From contig NC_045696.1 in assembly GCF_009834535.1 (NCBI RefSeq), forward strand, positions 67,706,001 through 67,770,000: 64,000 nt of DNA, written 5' to 3'. Below are positions 13,085-23,795 of the stretch, in pieces (the first letter of the stretch is position 1; every line of letters begins with the position of its first letter). Made by a program: the position numbers and the translations under genes. The notes beneath the pieces were generated by a model. It worked only from the letters and a program-made list of their open reading frames with translations, did no database searches and was not told where the DNA came from. This stretch comes from Camelus ferus. Its lineage: Eukaryota.

Positions 13085-13185
13085 CATTTCCTTCCTTTCT
13101 TCATTCTTTTCTTCCTTTCCTTCCTTTTTTTCCTTTTCTTTCTTTCCTTCTATTTTTCCCTTCCCTTCTTCTCCTTCTTCTTTTA
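13085..13185. repeat. Pyrimidine-rich low-complexity tract (TTCC/TTTC-like)
   Basis: About 100 nt that are almost all C/T on the plus strand. Confidence 0.85.
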
Positions 13186-15569
13186 TATTATACTATGACA
13201 TTAAAAAATTAAAGCAGCTCATCTCAAATATAAGGGAGACAGATAGATTTCACTGTTTAAAACCTTTACCCTCAGTGGGTTAAATGCCAAATTGCTAAGA
13301 ACTTCTCAAGGTAACAAAAGATCATTGTTTTAAGGCAGGAAGGTAAGTTTTCCATCAGTGACAAAAAGATGAGAAATAAATGAAAGCCAAGTGAAAAAGC
13401 TGAATAGTCCTCACTTGGCAATTATTCAGCCCTTGGAAATTTCCAAGCCCTTTGCAATCATTCATTAATTAAGGAAGATGACATCCTGCTTTATGGAGGC
13501 TGGGAGCGTGACATAAAGAGGTCTGGAGGCTTTCCTCAAACTGAAAGAAGAATGTCAAGGGAGGAACTGGGATTAGAATTAGGAGCTCATTTCTCAAGCC
13601 AGTAGTCACATCCCTAAGCCAAGCAAAGTCAATATTTGAGACAATAAGGTCTTCTGTGCACAGGTGTGGTTGAATACGGCAGTGTTCTGCTCAAAGACCA
13701 ACTGTGAAAGAGCCCACCTCTTCACCCACCAGTGCCCCCAGCACACACACAGACTGTATCTGTAGCTTCATCAGCCTCTTCCCCCTTTCCCAAAACACAG
13801 ACAGATGACTAAATATCAACCTCTAACCATTCTCCTTAATAATCACAGCAAAAAAGTATGTGATTTGATTTTCATTTTTTAAATGTACAGTATGATGTTA
13901 AAACACATGACACTGTTGAAAAACAAACATTTCATAATTTTAGAAAATGACATGAAATCCACTGATACCCAAAATCTGTAATAATGTAATAGATCATCTT
14001 GAATAATTATCTTATTTCAGTAAGAAGGAAAATAAAGTTTTTGCTTTATGGAGAGCGATTAATAAAAGTTCATTCTGTCACCCCAAGTAGGTTGGTGAAG
14101 ACAGACCAAACGCAAGTGATGTGTCTGCACCTAACATCTTAGCTCCAGGTCTTGCAGTGGGTGCTGGCTCTTCCCTACACCACTGGACTGGTTCCAGAGT
14201 GCCCAGTGACACGATGGGAAAACAGGAAAACTCAAAGACTGGCTCAGTATTTCTCACCAGATCACTCTCTCCACCTAGACATACTTTTGCTCTGTCTCAT
14301 GTCTGTTTCCCTAGGTCAGGCAAGAGGATCCTTAAACAACTCAGGGCCCATCTCCTCCCCTTGGGAACATCATTCAGCCAATTTGTCAGTTGGGCTGTTT
14401 TGGACAGGGAAAAAATTCATACCATTTGAACTTAAATGCTGATGGCCATTGTCCCAACCTAAACTTTTAATCTTCTGTAAGGGAATTTGTTGCGGTTGTA
14501 CCAAAATGAGGTAAAGTTGAATAACCTCATTTTTTTCTGAACTGGTTGCTCTGGGGCCAGGAGGGACTAACGCAAATATGCTGCGATGTTAACAAAGGGC
14601 AAGGCTGTCCAGTTGGGCTATTTGGGGCAATATTTATTTTAAAAACAAAACAAAACAAAAAACCCTTAATAACATCTCTTTTCATAAAGAGATTGTGGAA
14701 AGAAAGCCCTTCCAAGAGTAATGTTTCGAAAACACTTAACATTTTAACTTGGAATCTTTATGTTGGAAAATGATCATGGCTGGTCCACTTTCATGCAATG
14801 GACATTCATAAGGTTGATGGATGCCTCCAGCTACCCACAAGCCCCACTTGTTGGGAAGGATTCTTTTCCTCTAAGGAAACTAAAATCCATCTGCACCATT
14901 AACAGAGCAGATGTTTTCATGTGAGAAAACTGATTTAGTGGACTCACTACCCAGAGAGTAAGGACCTCACTAACTTTTGTTATAATGTTGAAAATGAGAT
15001 TGGATATGCTTGGAAATTGACAATCTCTAATGTGCAAAGGATTAAAATAAAACAAACATATAGTCCAATCTTCTGCCCAATTCATCCCCCAAAGTTACCA
15101 CTGAACTTCTAGCTAATCAAGGGCTTCAACTTCTGATTTCTTACAGCTCTAACAAAAGAAAGGGAAGGCTCAGTTCTAACACAATGGCTGAGAACTAGAT
15201 TAGTTTCTCCGTCTCACTCCTTCCAAATAACTCTCCTTGGTTGCACTTTTCATGGTGGGAGGAAACATTATCATGTTGGTTCTTGTACTCACAAAAAATC
15301 CAAGTTGTAGGTGAATAGGTGTGTATAGTAATATATCTAACTTATTCACAGGAAGTAGCTGAATGTGTTGACTTAAAACACATACATGCTTGAAATTTAA
15401 AAAAAAATGAAAAGATAACTATAATAAATAATTTTTAAAGTTGCCTAGAGTGTTCAAGTAATTGGACAGTAATACTCTTCCTGGAGGATCATTAATGTGG
15501 ATACACAAGGGGTAACAAACAAGTGTTATTATACTGCAGCCCCCTGCCAAAGAAAACTAGACAAAGTAC

Positions 15570-16156
15570 CTGTATTACCTTAGATCCCCATAGCCTCACC
15601 TGTCTCCTGGGCCCTTATCCACCTGTTTTTCCCCAGCAGTCACTAGTGGTACCAACAATGCTTGGGTTCTGACTGCCTTCCCATGAGCCCAGCCTGACAG
15701 CAGTTCATCACATGCTGTCCTGCACCTCTCTCACCTCCAGATCGAGGGATTCCCTATGCCTGCTGAGGCATAAAATGCTGCAGATCTATTTGGTGCCCAA
15801 GTAAATGCAACATGTAAGGGTGAGAAAGTCTCTGACCCACAGAAGGAAGCTGTGACCAACAGGAAACAAGATTTAGAAGATAAATTATTTTCCTGTCTTC
15901 CCCTTGAAAAGACTGTCCTGAACTGCTATGGTTCATATGGTCTTTTGGAAGATGGTTCCTCATGATTGAACAATTAGTGGCACTCGATGCTAAACAGGAG
16001 CCTTATTGGTAACAAATCCTCATATCCTCAAACAGGATCCCCTATTTTTCCTGCTTCACTCATGCACTTCCTTAGGATTGTGCTTTGTAATGAAATAAAA
16101 CTAGTACAAATACTTCTGCCTTAGGCTCTGCTTTCTGGAGAAGGCAGCCCACGATA
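15570..16156 (+). mobile_element. Old ERVL solo LTR (LTR33/LTR41/LTR16-like group), antisense to LPP
   Basis: The 3' end AAATAAAACTAGTACAAATACTTCTGCCTTAGGCTCTGCTTTCTGGAGAAGGCAGCCCACGATA resembles the AATAAA...CTCAGGCTCTGCTT.TGGGGAACCCAAACTAAGACA terminus of this group. The 5' boundary and exact family are uncertain. Confidence 0.65.
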
Positions 16157-16192
16157 GGTACCCCTTTATTCCCATCACTATGTTAATGAGTC

Positions 16193-16201
16193 CCCTACCT
16201 T
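16193..16201 (-). promoter_or_regulatory. LPP: 5' splice donor AAG|GTAGGG of the LPP exon
   Basis: GT follows the PLQPK codons, where LPP similarity ends. It deviates from GTAAGT at +4 and +6. Confidence 0.88.
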
Positions 16202-16891
16202 TGGCTGCAGTGGTGGTGCACAGGAGGCTGGAACAGGATCTGTGATATAAGTCTTCTTGGGACCAGGAACTGGATACATCCCAGCAGGGTTCTGGTTCCC
16301 TGTTCCAGAAGGAGTATACCCTTGTTCTCGCTTCCAGGTATTTGAGTGACCTTGTTGACCATAGGCAGGATCAGAGTCATTTTTGCTCCCATAGCCAGGC
16401 CCCGCTGGGGAATAGCCTTCATAATAGCGTCCTTGACTGGGGGCATACCCATACCCAGGCTCAGGCTGAAGTCCTGGTGGTGGAACATATGCATAATCCA
16501 TGCCTCCCCGTGTAGAAGGAGGTGGACCCTGCCCAGGGATAGAAACTGGTTGTGCATTATAGCCCTGAGCCCCTGGCCCTGGACCATAAAATTGTCCCGG
16601 TGAAGGAGAAGCCATATAATGAGAGCTGGGCTGGGCTGACTTCACCTGCACATTGAAGGTAGGCCTTGAAGGGGTGGATGCCGTAGTGTAGGAGGCTGGG
16701 ACTGGCTGAGGCTGGGGTTTTAGTGTTCCAATTGGAGCCACGGGGATGGGTCCAGCCTGAGGTGCAGGTTGTGGTTTTAATGTAGACTTTTTGGTTGCTG
16801 TTAGAGGGGGTTGGTTTGGTATGACCATTCTCTTATGTCCTGTGACTGGGGTGGAGACGGGAGGAGAAGCTGTTGTTGAACTAACAGAGCC
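16199..16891 (-). CDS. LPP: LPP internal coding exon (large proline-rich pre-LIM exon), 693 nt, GSVSSTTASPPVSTPVTGHKRMVIPNQPPL...KKTYITDPVPASCAPPLQPK
   Basis: The ORF-track peptide (MVIPNQPPLTATKKSTLKPQPAPQAGPIPVAPIGTLKPQPQPVPASYTTAS...RPTFNVQVKSAQP...GPKKTYITDPV) is recognisably LPP. The frame stays open 21 codons upstream to a polypyrimidine tract and AG (minus-strand ...CTTCCACTTTAG|GGC, AG at 16893-16892). It ends at CCAAAG|GTAGGG (GT at 16198-16197). Length is divisible by 3. Confidence 0.97.
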
Positions 16892-16930
16892 CTAAAGTGG
16901 AAGAGAGAAAAAGGAGGAAAAAAAAAAAAA
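16892..16930 (-). promoter_or_regulatory. LPP: 3' splice site and long polypyrimidine tract of the LPP exon
   Basis: Minus strand reads T13-CCTCCTTTTTCTCTCTTCCACTTTAG immediately before the first exon codon. Confidence 0.92.
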
Positions 16931-17084
16931 GACAAAGATTACTAATAATGAAAAGGAAAAATACATAAGTGAACAATTATTAATAACTGCTATTATTATT
17001 TTTGTATTAACATCGCAAAATACAAATAAGGCTTGGTACCTGCCTTCTAAGAGTTCACAGACTAACACAAAGGACAGTTGCATT

Positions 17085-17870
17085 TCTGTATACTACCAAT
17101 GAAAAATCCAAAAAAGAAATTAAGGAAACAATTCCATTTACAATAACATAAAAAAATAGAACACCTTAGGATGAACTTAAGCAAAGAAGCAAAAGAGTAC
17201 AAAGTGTTGCTAATAAATTAAAAAAGACAAAAATAAATGGAAAGGCATCCCATGTTCATGGACTGGAAGACTTGATATTATAAAGATGTTAATCCTACTC
17301 AGAGCAATCTATAGATTTAATGCAATCCCTGTCAAAACCCCAATGTCACTTTCCTGCAAAAAGAAAAAAATCCATATGGAATCTTAGAGTCTCTGAATAG
17401 CCAAAACTATCTTGAAAAATAAGATAGGAGGTCTCACTATGCAACTTCAAAATTTGTTACAGAGCTAAAATAATCAAAACATATTTGCATAAAGATAAAC
17501 ATAGACCAATAGAATAGAATAGAAAGCCATAAATAAACCCTTGCTTGCATACATGGTCATTTGACTTTTGATCTGGATGCCAAGATCATTTGATGAGGAA
17601 AGAATTGTCTTTTCACCAAATGGTGCTGGAAATACTGGACATTCACATGAAAAAGAATGAAATTGGACCATTACTTTATACCATATACAAAGTAACCCAA
17701 AATTTTAGCTCTAAATGTAAGAGCTACGAACTATAAAACTCTCAAAACTATATAATTCAAAAATACAGAGGAAAAACTTCATGACATTGGATTTGGCATT
17801 GACATTATAATATACATAAAGTACCAGCACCAAAAGAAAATAGATAAATGAACAATGTGATTTCAATCAA
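17085..17870 (+). mobile_element. Old L1M ORF2 fragment
   Basis: CAGTTGCATTTCTGTATACT...ATTCCATTTACAATA...AAATAAATGGAAAGGCATCCCATGTTCATGGACTGGAAGAC...TTTAATGCAATCCCT. Confidence 0.9.
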
Positions 17871-18479
17871 ACTACCAAAAGAGTTGGTCACCATACTGCT
17901 AAAAGGAGGTACTAGAGAAAGAGAGCTGAGGGACTGGGACAGAGGGAACAAAAAAAAGCAAAGATGGGTGTTGAGAGAAACAAATACCCCTGGCACAACC
18001 AAAGAAATGCTAAATTTTAAATCAAAAATTCCTATCAAAGAGTGATTTACCAAAGATAAACGCAGCCGCTGCCTCCTTTATATCTTCCTGATTTCTGTCA
18101 CATTTCATTTGTTCAATTCAGAACTTACTGAAAGCCCTAAAAATGTCCTAAGGACACAAAGGTGAAAAGACATTTGCTGAACTTTGAGAAGTCTTGGTTA
18201 GGCTGGGGATAACTAAAGGCTGAGGAAAGGCTTAGAGATTCATTCTTTCTAAGGCATTAGTCTATTAGGGAATCTGTAAACATGATGGTGACACAGTGTT
18301 TTAATTTTGCTCTGAGTTACTATGATTAGATTTGTTGATATAAAAAGTGAGTGACCCACACTCTAATTCTGTTGTTTATTAATTTCCAGGCAAATTTTAC
18401 TACGTATAGGAAGAAGGGATGCAAGACTTTATATTACTCGTGTCATTTACTCACACCAAGCCCCTAGGGATATATACAT

Positions 18480-18750
18480 GTGGGGCAGGTGCTAATTCTT
18501 TCTCATACAAGTTCCCCTTCTTTGTTACTCAAAGAATTTCAATTTGTCAGCAATGTGCCCATACTTCCCAAGATTACTTTGTATGTAGGAGTTGCCATGT
18601 GATACAGTTCTGGCCAATGAGATGTACGCTAAGAATTACTGGAAAAACTAGGGCTCTCCTGACATAGCATCATCCCTTCCTACTCCTTCCCTGCCCTCTT
18701 TCCTGCGTGGGATGTGGCTGCGAGGCTGGAGATGGTGCAGCTATCCTGCC
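18480..18750 (+). mobile_element. MLT1 (ERVL-MaLR) LTR fragment
   Basis: GCCATGTGATACAGTTCTGGCCAATGAGATGTA and GCTGGAG..GGTGCAGCTATCCTG are MLT1J/K/L-type motifs. Confidence 0.7.
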
Positions 18751-18869
18751 CCCACCCCCTACACAAGTCTATTGATCTAGGCATATGGCTTTCTGAGGAT
18801 AGCTTTCTATTGATCTAGGTTGATCCAGAGATAAAGATTAAGTCATTCCCAGGGACATTTGGTTAACAC

Positions 18870-19040
18870 AGAGTGGTTCTCAACTGGAGAGGAAACCATC
18901 TAGTGACCAGGGAGAGCTTGGAAATGAGTGGTGGTATATTTTATTGTCATAGGGGATGCTACTCTCATTAAATGGGTAGAGGGCAAAAACACACCATTGT
19001 CAAACCCAAGATGATGACAGTTCCCCTGTTAAGAGACACC
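18870..19040. mobile_element. MER20-like hAT-Charlie element
   Basis: AGTGGTTCTCAACTGG...TTTTATTGTCA...GATGCTACT..CATT.AATGGGTAGAGG. Confidence 0.65.
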
Positions 19041-21099
19041 AATAAACCCTTGAGCTGCATGTCTTCTGGTAACCTGATTGTGAAGTTTCCAGCTGTCAGC
19101 CAAGGAGGGTCACTGGTCCTCTCCAGGATCTCTCCTCTATGATACTCTGTCCTTCCTATTCAAACAACTGCTCTTTCTCTGGGTCCTCTTGAGCCAAGTG
19201 AGACAACAGCAGTGACTCTGCTAGTCCCAGATTACCACTTTGTGCCTTATGGTTTCTCTATAACCAAGTGGGACAACGTACACAATGCATTTATAAATCA
19301 GCTCCTGGAGAAGAGCTAGTTTCAGTGTGCTATCATTTTGGTTAGGATCCTGACTGTGACAGCTGTCCTTTCCACATAGTTATCTCAATTTTCCTTTTCT
19401 AGTGATTTTGTAATTTTAGATATAGTTCTCTGTTAAGTTACAGAAGGCTGTTGAATAGAGTTATCTCCCCCCCCCCCCTTTTTTGGTAGCCTCTCAGGAG
19501 GCAATCTTGCCATTTACTTTTGCAATTTAAGCAACCTGTATTCTTTTCCTGGTGGAGTAGCCTTTCTCTTCTATGTGAAGGTGGTCCCAACAGTACCCCA
19601 TAGAAGGAGATGCAGTTTCCACATTAAGCAGTGTGTTAAAATATATATCCTGAAGAAATTCCTAAATAAATACTCAGTCAGACCCTGACATTCTGTATTA
19701 GATAATATGGAAGAGTTAGTTTGAACCTAGAAAAAAATGTAAAGTTAGATTTTTCTAGTTAGCCATGTCAGTCCTAAAAAATGTCAGCATAGATGGAATT
19801 GAATGTAAGAAGGAATAAAGCTTTGCTTTTCTTTGATGACTCAAGATCAGCAGAAACCCAGAGTTCCTATTTTGAACACTTTACAAACCCAACTATAAAT
19901 GGAGACAGTGACTGAGCAACTGGACTCACGACAGGCACACTGCGCAGCTGTACAGAAGTCTGCCCCCAGACACTTCAAAAGTCTCACACTTTAAAGATGA
20001 AAACCAATCACATTCATAAAGTAAACAAAAAATAATCAGTGTAGACCTAATTCCTTAGAAGTAACTTTTTTCAACACACTTCTCTTTCACTTTTTCTCTG
20101 TTGGTGAACAGACACACACATACACACACACATACTTAAACATCCCTAAAGTCTTTGAAAGGAGGCATCAGGGAGCAGTTTCAGGAGCCAGTGCTTTCGT
20201 CTAGGAAACATCCCACTACGTGAGAGGGTTTCTCACAGCTTCATTATGAATTCTGCTCTGTCTGTGCCAGCATGTTTCTGAGTATTTTCTATTTCATAAT
20301 TACATGTGTGAAAATAGCACGTTTAGCTATGTCTTCCTCCCCTCTCCCCCCTCAGCTCTGTGACTTGAAATTCTTTACCTCACTGGAGGTGGACGGGGTA
20401 AAGCACAGGAATGACGTTAAGGCACATTTATTTATGTTCTTTGTGGTAAAAGAAAGCTATGGCGACACTTCCTGGCCCGCACATTCAGCTAAATACACAG
20501 CAAATCTTTTCTACTTACGGATTAGTTGGCACTTCCAAATATTTATTTTTGGCATTTCATTTCTTTTCTTGTTTTTGCAAGAGCTCTTGAAGCTTTATCA
20601 TGATTTAACATTTTCATTTTAAAAATCAAGCACATTTTAAAAATTATACTTACAGGGATATACATATATATGTATATATATATATTTTGTCCTGAGACTT
20701 GAATCTCTGTAGCAGTCTTTTTATGTTTTTATTTTTCCATTAATTATTTTCCAAGCATCTTCAGCATGTAAAGCTCAGCGAGGTTAGTAATGGGAGGACA
20801 GCGTCCTAGGATGAATAGTGTGTGTCTACCTGTCCCCCAGGAGTTTGTATTCTGGTCGACGGGCTGATAACAATCAATAGCTGTTGAAGAGATGTCCCCA
20901 TCACCAGGCAGAACCGTCTGTGGCCATGAGACAGGAACAGACAGGGAGCTATGACAGCACCACTTCTCCTCAGTTGGGAGCAGGTCCTCAGCCTCCTTTT
21001 TGCCCAAGTCAGGATAACATCTTACATTCCTCTATCTGTCTTACCTCTGATGCACCCATTCCCTGAACACACCCGCATGCTCACATATACACACACACC

Positions 21100-21810
21100 C
21101 CCAGCCTAACCTACTACCATGCCCTGATTATTTCTCACAATCCCTGTACTTTACCCCAGTCTCACTTTCTCCCTGGTTCTGGCCCTCATCATCACTTCCC
21201 TAGCTGTTTATTGCCATTATCTAACCTCACTCCTCTCCCATATCTCCTCCTCAACCCCGTCACAGTGATCTCTCTAACACAAGTGTCTGATAACGGCGCT
21301 CTGCTGATCCAGATTTGCCAGTGACTCTGCCCTGTGCTGAACTCTTTTTATGATATTGTTCATTCTCTCTCTCTCTCATATGCTTTATAAGGACCTTCTA
21401 ATCCAGGCCCTGCCTTTTGTCCAGCCACCTCCTTCTTTCCTCCATCACGCACAGCATACACTCCAACAATGTCAGGCTTATGTAGAGACTGGAGTAGACC
21501 ACACACGTGTGTGGACTCCTGTCAGTGAGGATTCATTCTATAGGATTCTCCACCATATTTCTCCCCTGCTGCTCAGACATAGCCATCTTCTGCCTGGCAG
21601 TTGCCTCCCGATTCTTCGAGCCTCAGATCAAATGGTGCCTCTTCTTTTATGTCTTTCTGGAACTCTGGAAACATCCATTAAATTGTTATTATGTATTAAC
21701 CCCTCAACCAGACTATAAACTCCTTGGGGACAGTGAGACATCCTAGGACACTGTCCTCCTCCCATTAACCTCACTGAAGTTTACATGCTGAAGACGCTTA
21801 GCAAATAATT
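21100..21810 (+). mobile_element. Degraded L2
   Basis: CAGTGATCTCTCTAA.ACAAG..TCTGAT, CCAGACTATAAACTCCTTGGGGACAG, GCTTAGCAAAT. Confidence 0.55.
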
Positions 21811-22199
21811 AATGGGGAAATAAAAAAAAATAAACATACATTACAATCCCCTGGAAGGACTTTAAGTTTTTTTTTTTTTTTTTTAATGGCCCTTCAGTTA
21901 TACTCCCAGTGAGCCTTGTACATGCCTCCATTAGCACAACTACCTTAACGGTGTTTTAATAATTGACTTGCATGCTTTACAAGTTGGGAAGAAGTTAAAC
22001 TTTAAACTTCAGAAAATCAAATTATCATGGTCTGAAACAGACAGAGATTTGTCTTTTGTAACAGAAAGGGCAGCCAAGAGCCACTGTGTCTGCTCAGCAC
22101 TGACAGCAGGGACTCGGGCTCTTCCTAGCTTTCTGTCAGAAGTACTTCTCTGATCTTTCTATAAAAGTGCTCCTGACAACATGAGTCAACATATTGCCC

Positions 22200-23220
22200 A
22201 GTGGCCCCTGAATAATGATCCTCTTTATCTGACACAGGACCTCCTCTCCTCTCTCTTCATTAACTCTCTCTAGGACCATGCCCACAACTTGAAATACCTC
22301 CTATGTTATGAAGACTCTTTTGAATTTCTATCTCTAGAATCCATCTGTATTCAAAATGCTAGACCCAAATATTCAATTATTTCATGTGTTTACTTGACTG
22401 CCTCATATGCTTTTCAGGCTCAAGATGTTAAAAACCATTTTATCATCTTTCTTGAATCTGCTTTTCATGCTTTTCATCTGATTTTCTCATCCATCCCAGT
22501 GTTGTTCAAATGAGAACACTAGGAGTCATTCTTGAGCCTCTCCTTCACATCCCATTCAAGCACTAAACCCTGTCAATCCTATTCCCCAAGTACAAAATTC
22601 TATAACCCTCAAGTATGTCCACATTTCACCATTTCCTTGGCTGTAGCTCAATTCCAAGATAGCACCACTCTCACCAAGGGTTACCCAACAGCATCCAAAC
22701 TGGTCTCCCAGTGTCTGTCTTTGTTCCCCTTCAATGAATCCTTCATTCTGTAGAAAGAGTGATTTCTCTCAAATGCAGATCCTATCACACTACTTTCCTG
22801 CTTAAAAGTCTTCAATTATTCAGTGGAGTGATTTGGACTCAAATTCTTCTGCCTTTCCTTAAGAGGCATGTGCCATGTCACTTCGTGACGCTCACTTTCT
22901 TTCACATGCAATGTGCTAGGCTCTCTCCCATCTCGTGGATTACACCTCTATGCTCTCCCAGCTCTCTCAGGACACTATGTCTAGCTAATTCCTAAGAACC
23001 CCTAAAATCTCAGCCTGAGTGTCAGGATCCTCAGCGGACACTGTCCAAGTCCTCTGGCACAGCGAGCACTCTCCCCCCTCCCCTTCTGCACACATCACAC
23101 TTGTACATGTCTGTGTTCACAGGGTTAGGGACTGTCCGTTTTATTCACTATTGCTTTTCCACTGGCTTTTTCTTGTCATAGTACATAGCAGGCATTTAAC
23201 AAACATTTGAATGGACAAGT
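22200..23220 (+). mobile_element. L2 LINE 3' region
   Basis: AAACTGGTCTCCC, AGAGTGATTTCTCTCAAATGCAGATC..ATCAC...CCTGCTTAAAA, and terminal ACATAGCAGGCATTTAACAAACATTTGAATG. Confidence 0.75.
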
Positions 23221-23664
23221 AATGGTCTCCCCACCAAAATGCATTTCTCTTATCAGATTACAACCAAATATGCAAAATATGAGCTCCTTCATTTCTCTTA
23301 CTACTTGCCAATCAAGGAATCTGTGATATATATAATGCATACTTAATTACAGTAATCTAATTAGTCTCTCCCTCCCTCTAAATAGTTTAAGAACTTTACT
23401 TTTTGAATTTATTAATACTACTATCTTGCAAAGAAGCATTTGAGATGCTTATTTTCATCTTAATGGCCAGATTGTATATGTAAGTTCTACATGATGCTGG
23501 CTCAAATCTCTCACAGAAATAGTCAAGAAACAAATTTTAAATAAACATACCATGAAAGGAGACTAATGCATTTTAAAATAATCTTTAACAACATGTAGTG
23601 AAAAGAAATACGTTTCGAATTAACTATCAAATAATTACAATACCCCAAACACACAAATTTAATA

Positions 23665-23795
23665 AATTCAAATTATTTAGTCGATAAAAATTTACTAGAC
23701 GTCTGCTATGTGTCAGGCACTAAGCTAGCTGCTAAAACCACAATAAGACAAAGGGAATCGGAGTCACTATACTCAGAGAATTCTTAGTTTAATTT
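23665..23795 (-). mobile_element. L2 3' terminal fragment
   Basis: AAAATTTACTAGACGTCTGCTATGTGTCAGGCACTAAGCTAG. Confidence 0.65.

Larger units (their letters stand above)
1..16198 (-). other. LPP: LPP intron downstream of the exon (partial)
   Basis: Begins at the GT donor. No further LPP-like peptide is visible and the region is repeat-rich. LPP is known to have very large introns. Confidence 0.85.

Noticed and set aside
16195..16603. Overlapping alternative-frame (130 aa) and antisense (85 aa) ORFs in the exon
   Set aside because: Expected by-products of GC-rich Pro/Gly codon usage, with no recognisable protein similarity.
16178..16828. 216-aa ORF as a stand-alone gene
   Set aside because: It is most of an internal LPP exon. 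The Met is internal and the last six residues are intron read-through.
17035..17066. Resemblance to one arm of miR-28, an L2-derived miRNA hosted in an LPP intron
   Set aside because: Only a single L2-like motif with mismatches and no complementary arm. I did not find the true miR-28 hairpin in this window.
19477..19486. Formal CArG matches CCTTTTTTGG (also 45838-45847)
   Set aside because: They arise from homopolymer C/T runs, have a poor SRF core and are at chance frequency.
20658..20684. 20-bp AT-rich palindrome (similar one near 27375)
   Set aside because: A trivial consequence of (TA/CA)n simple repeats.
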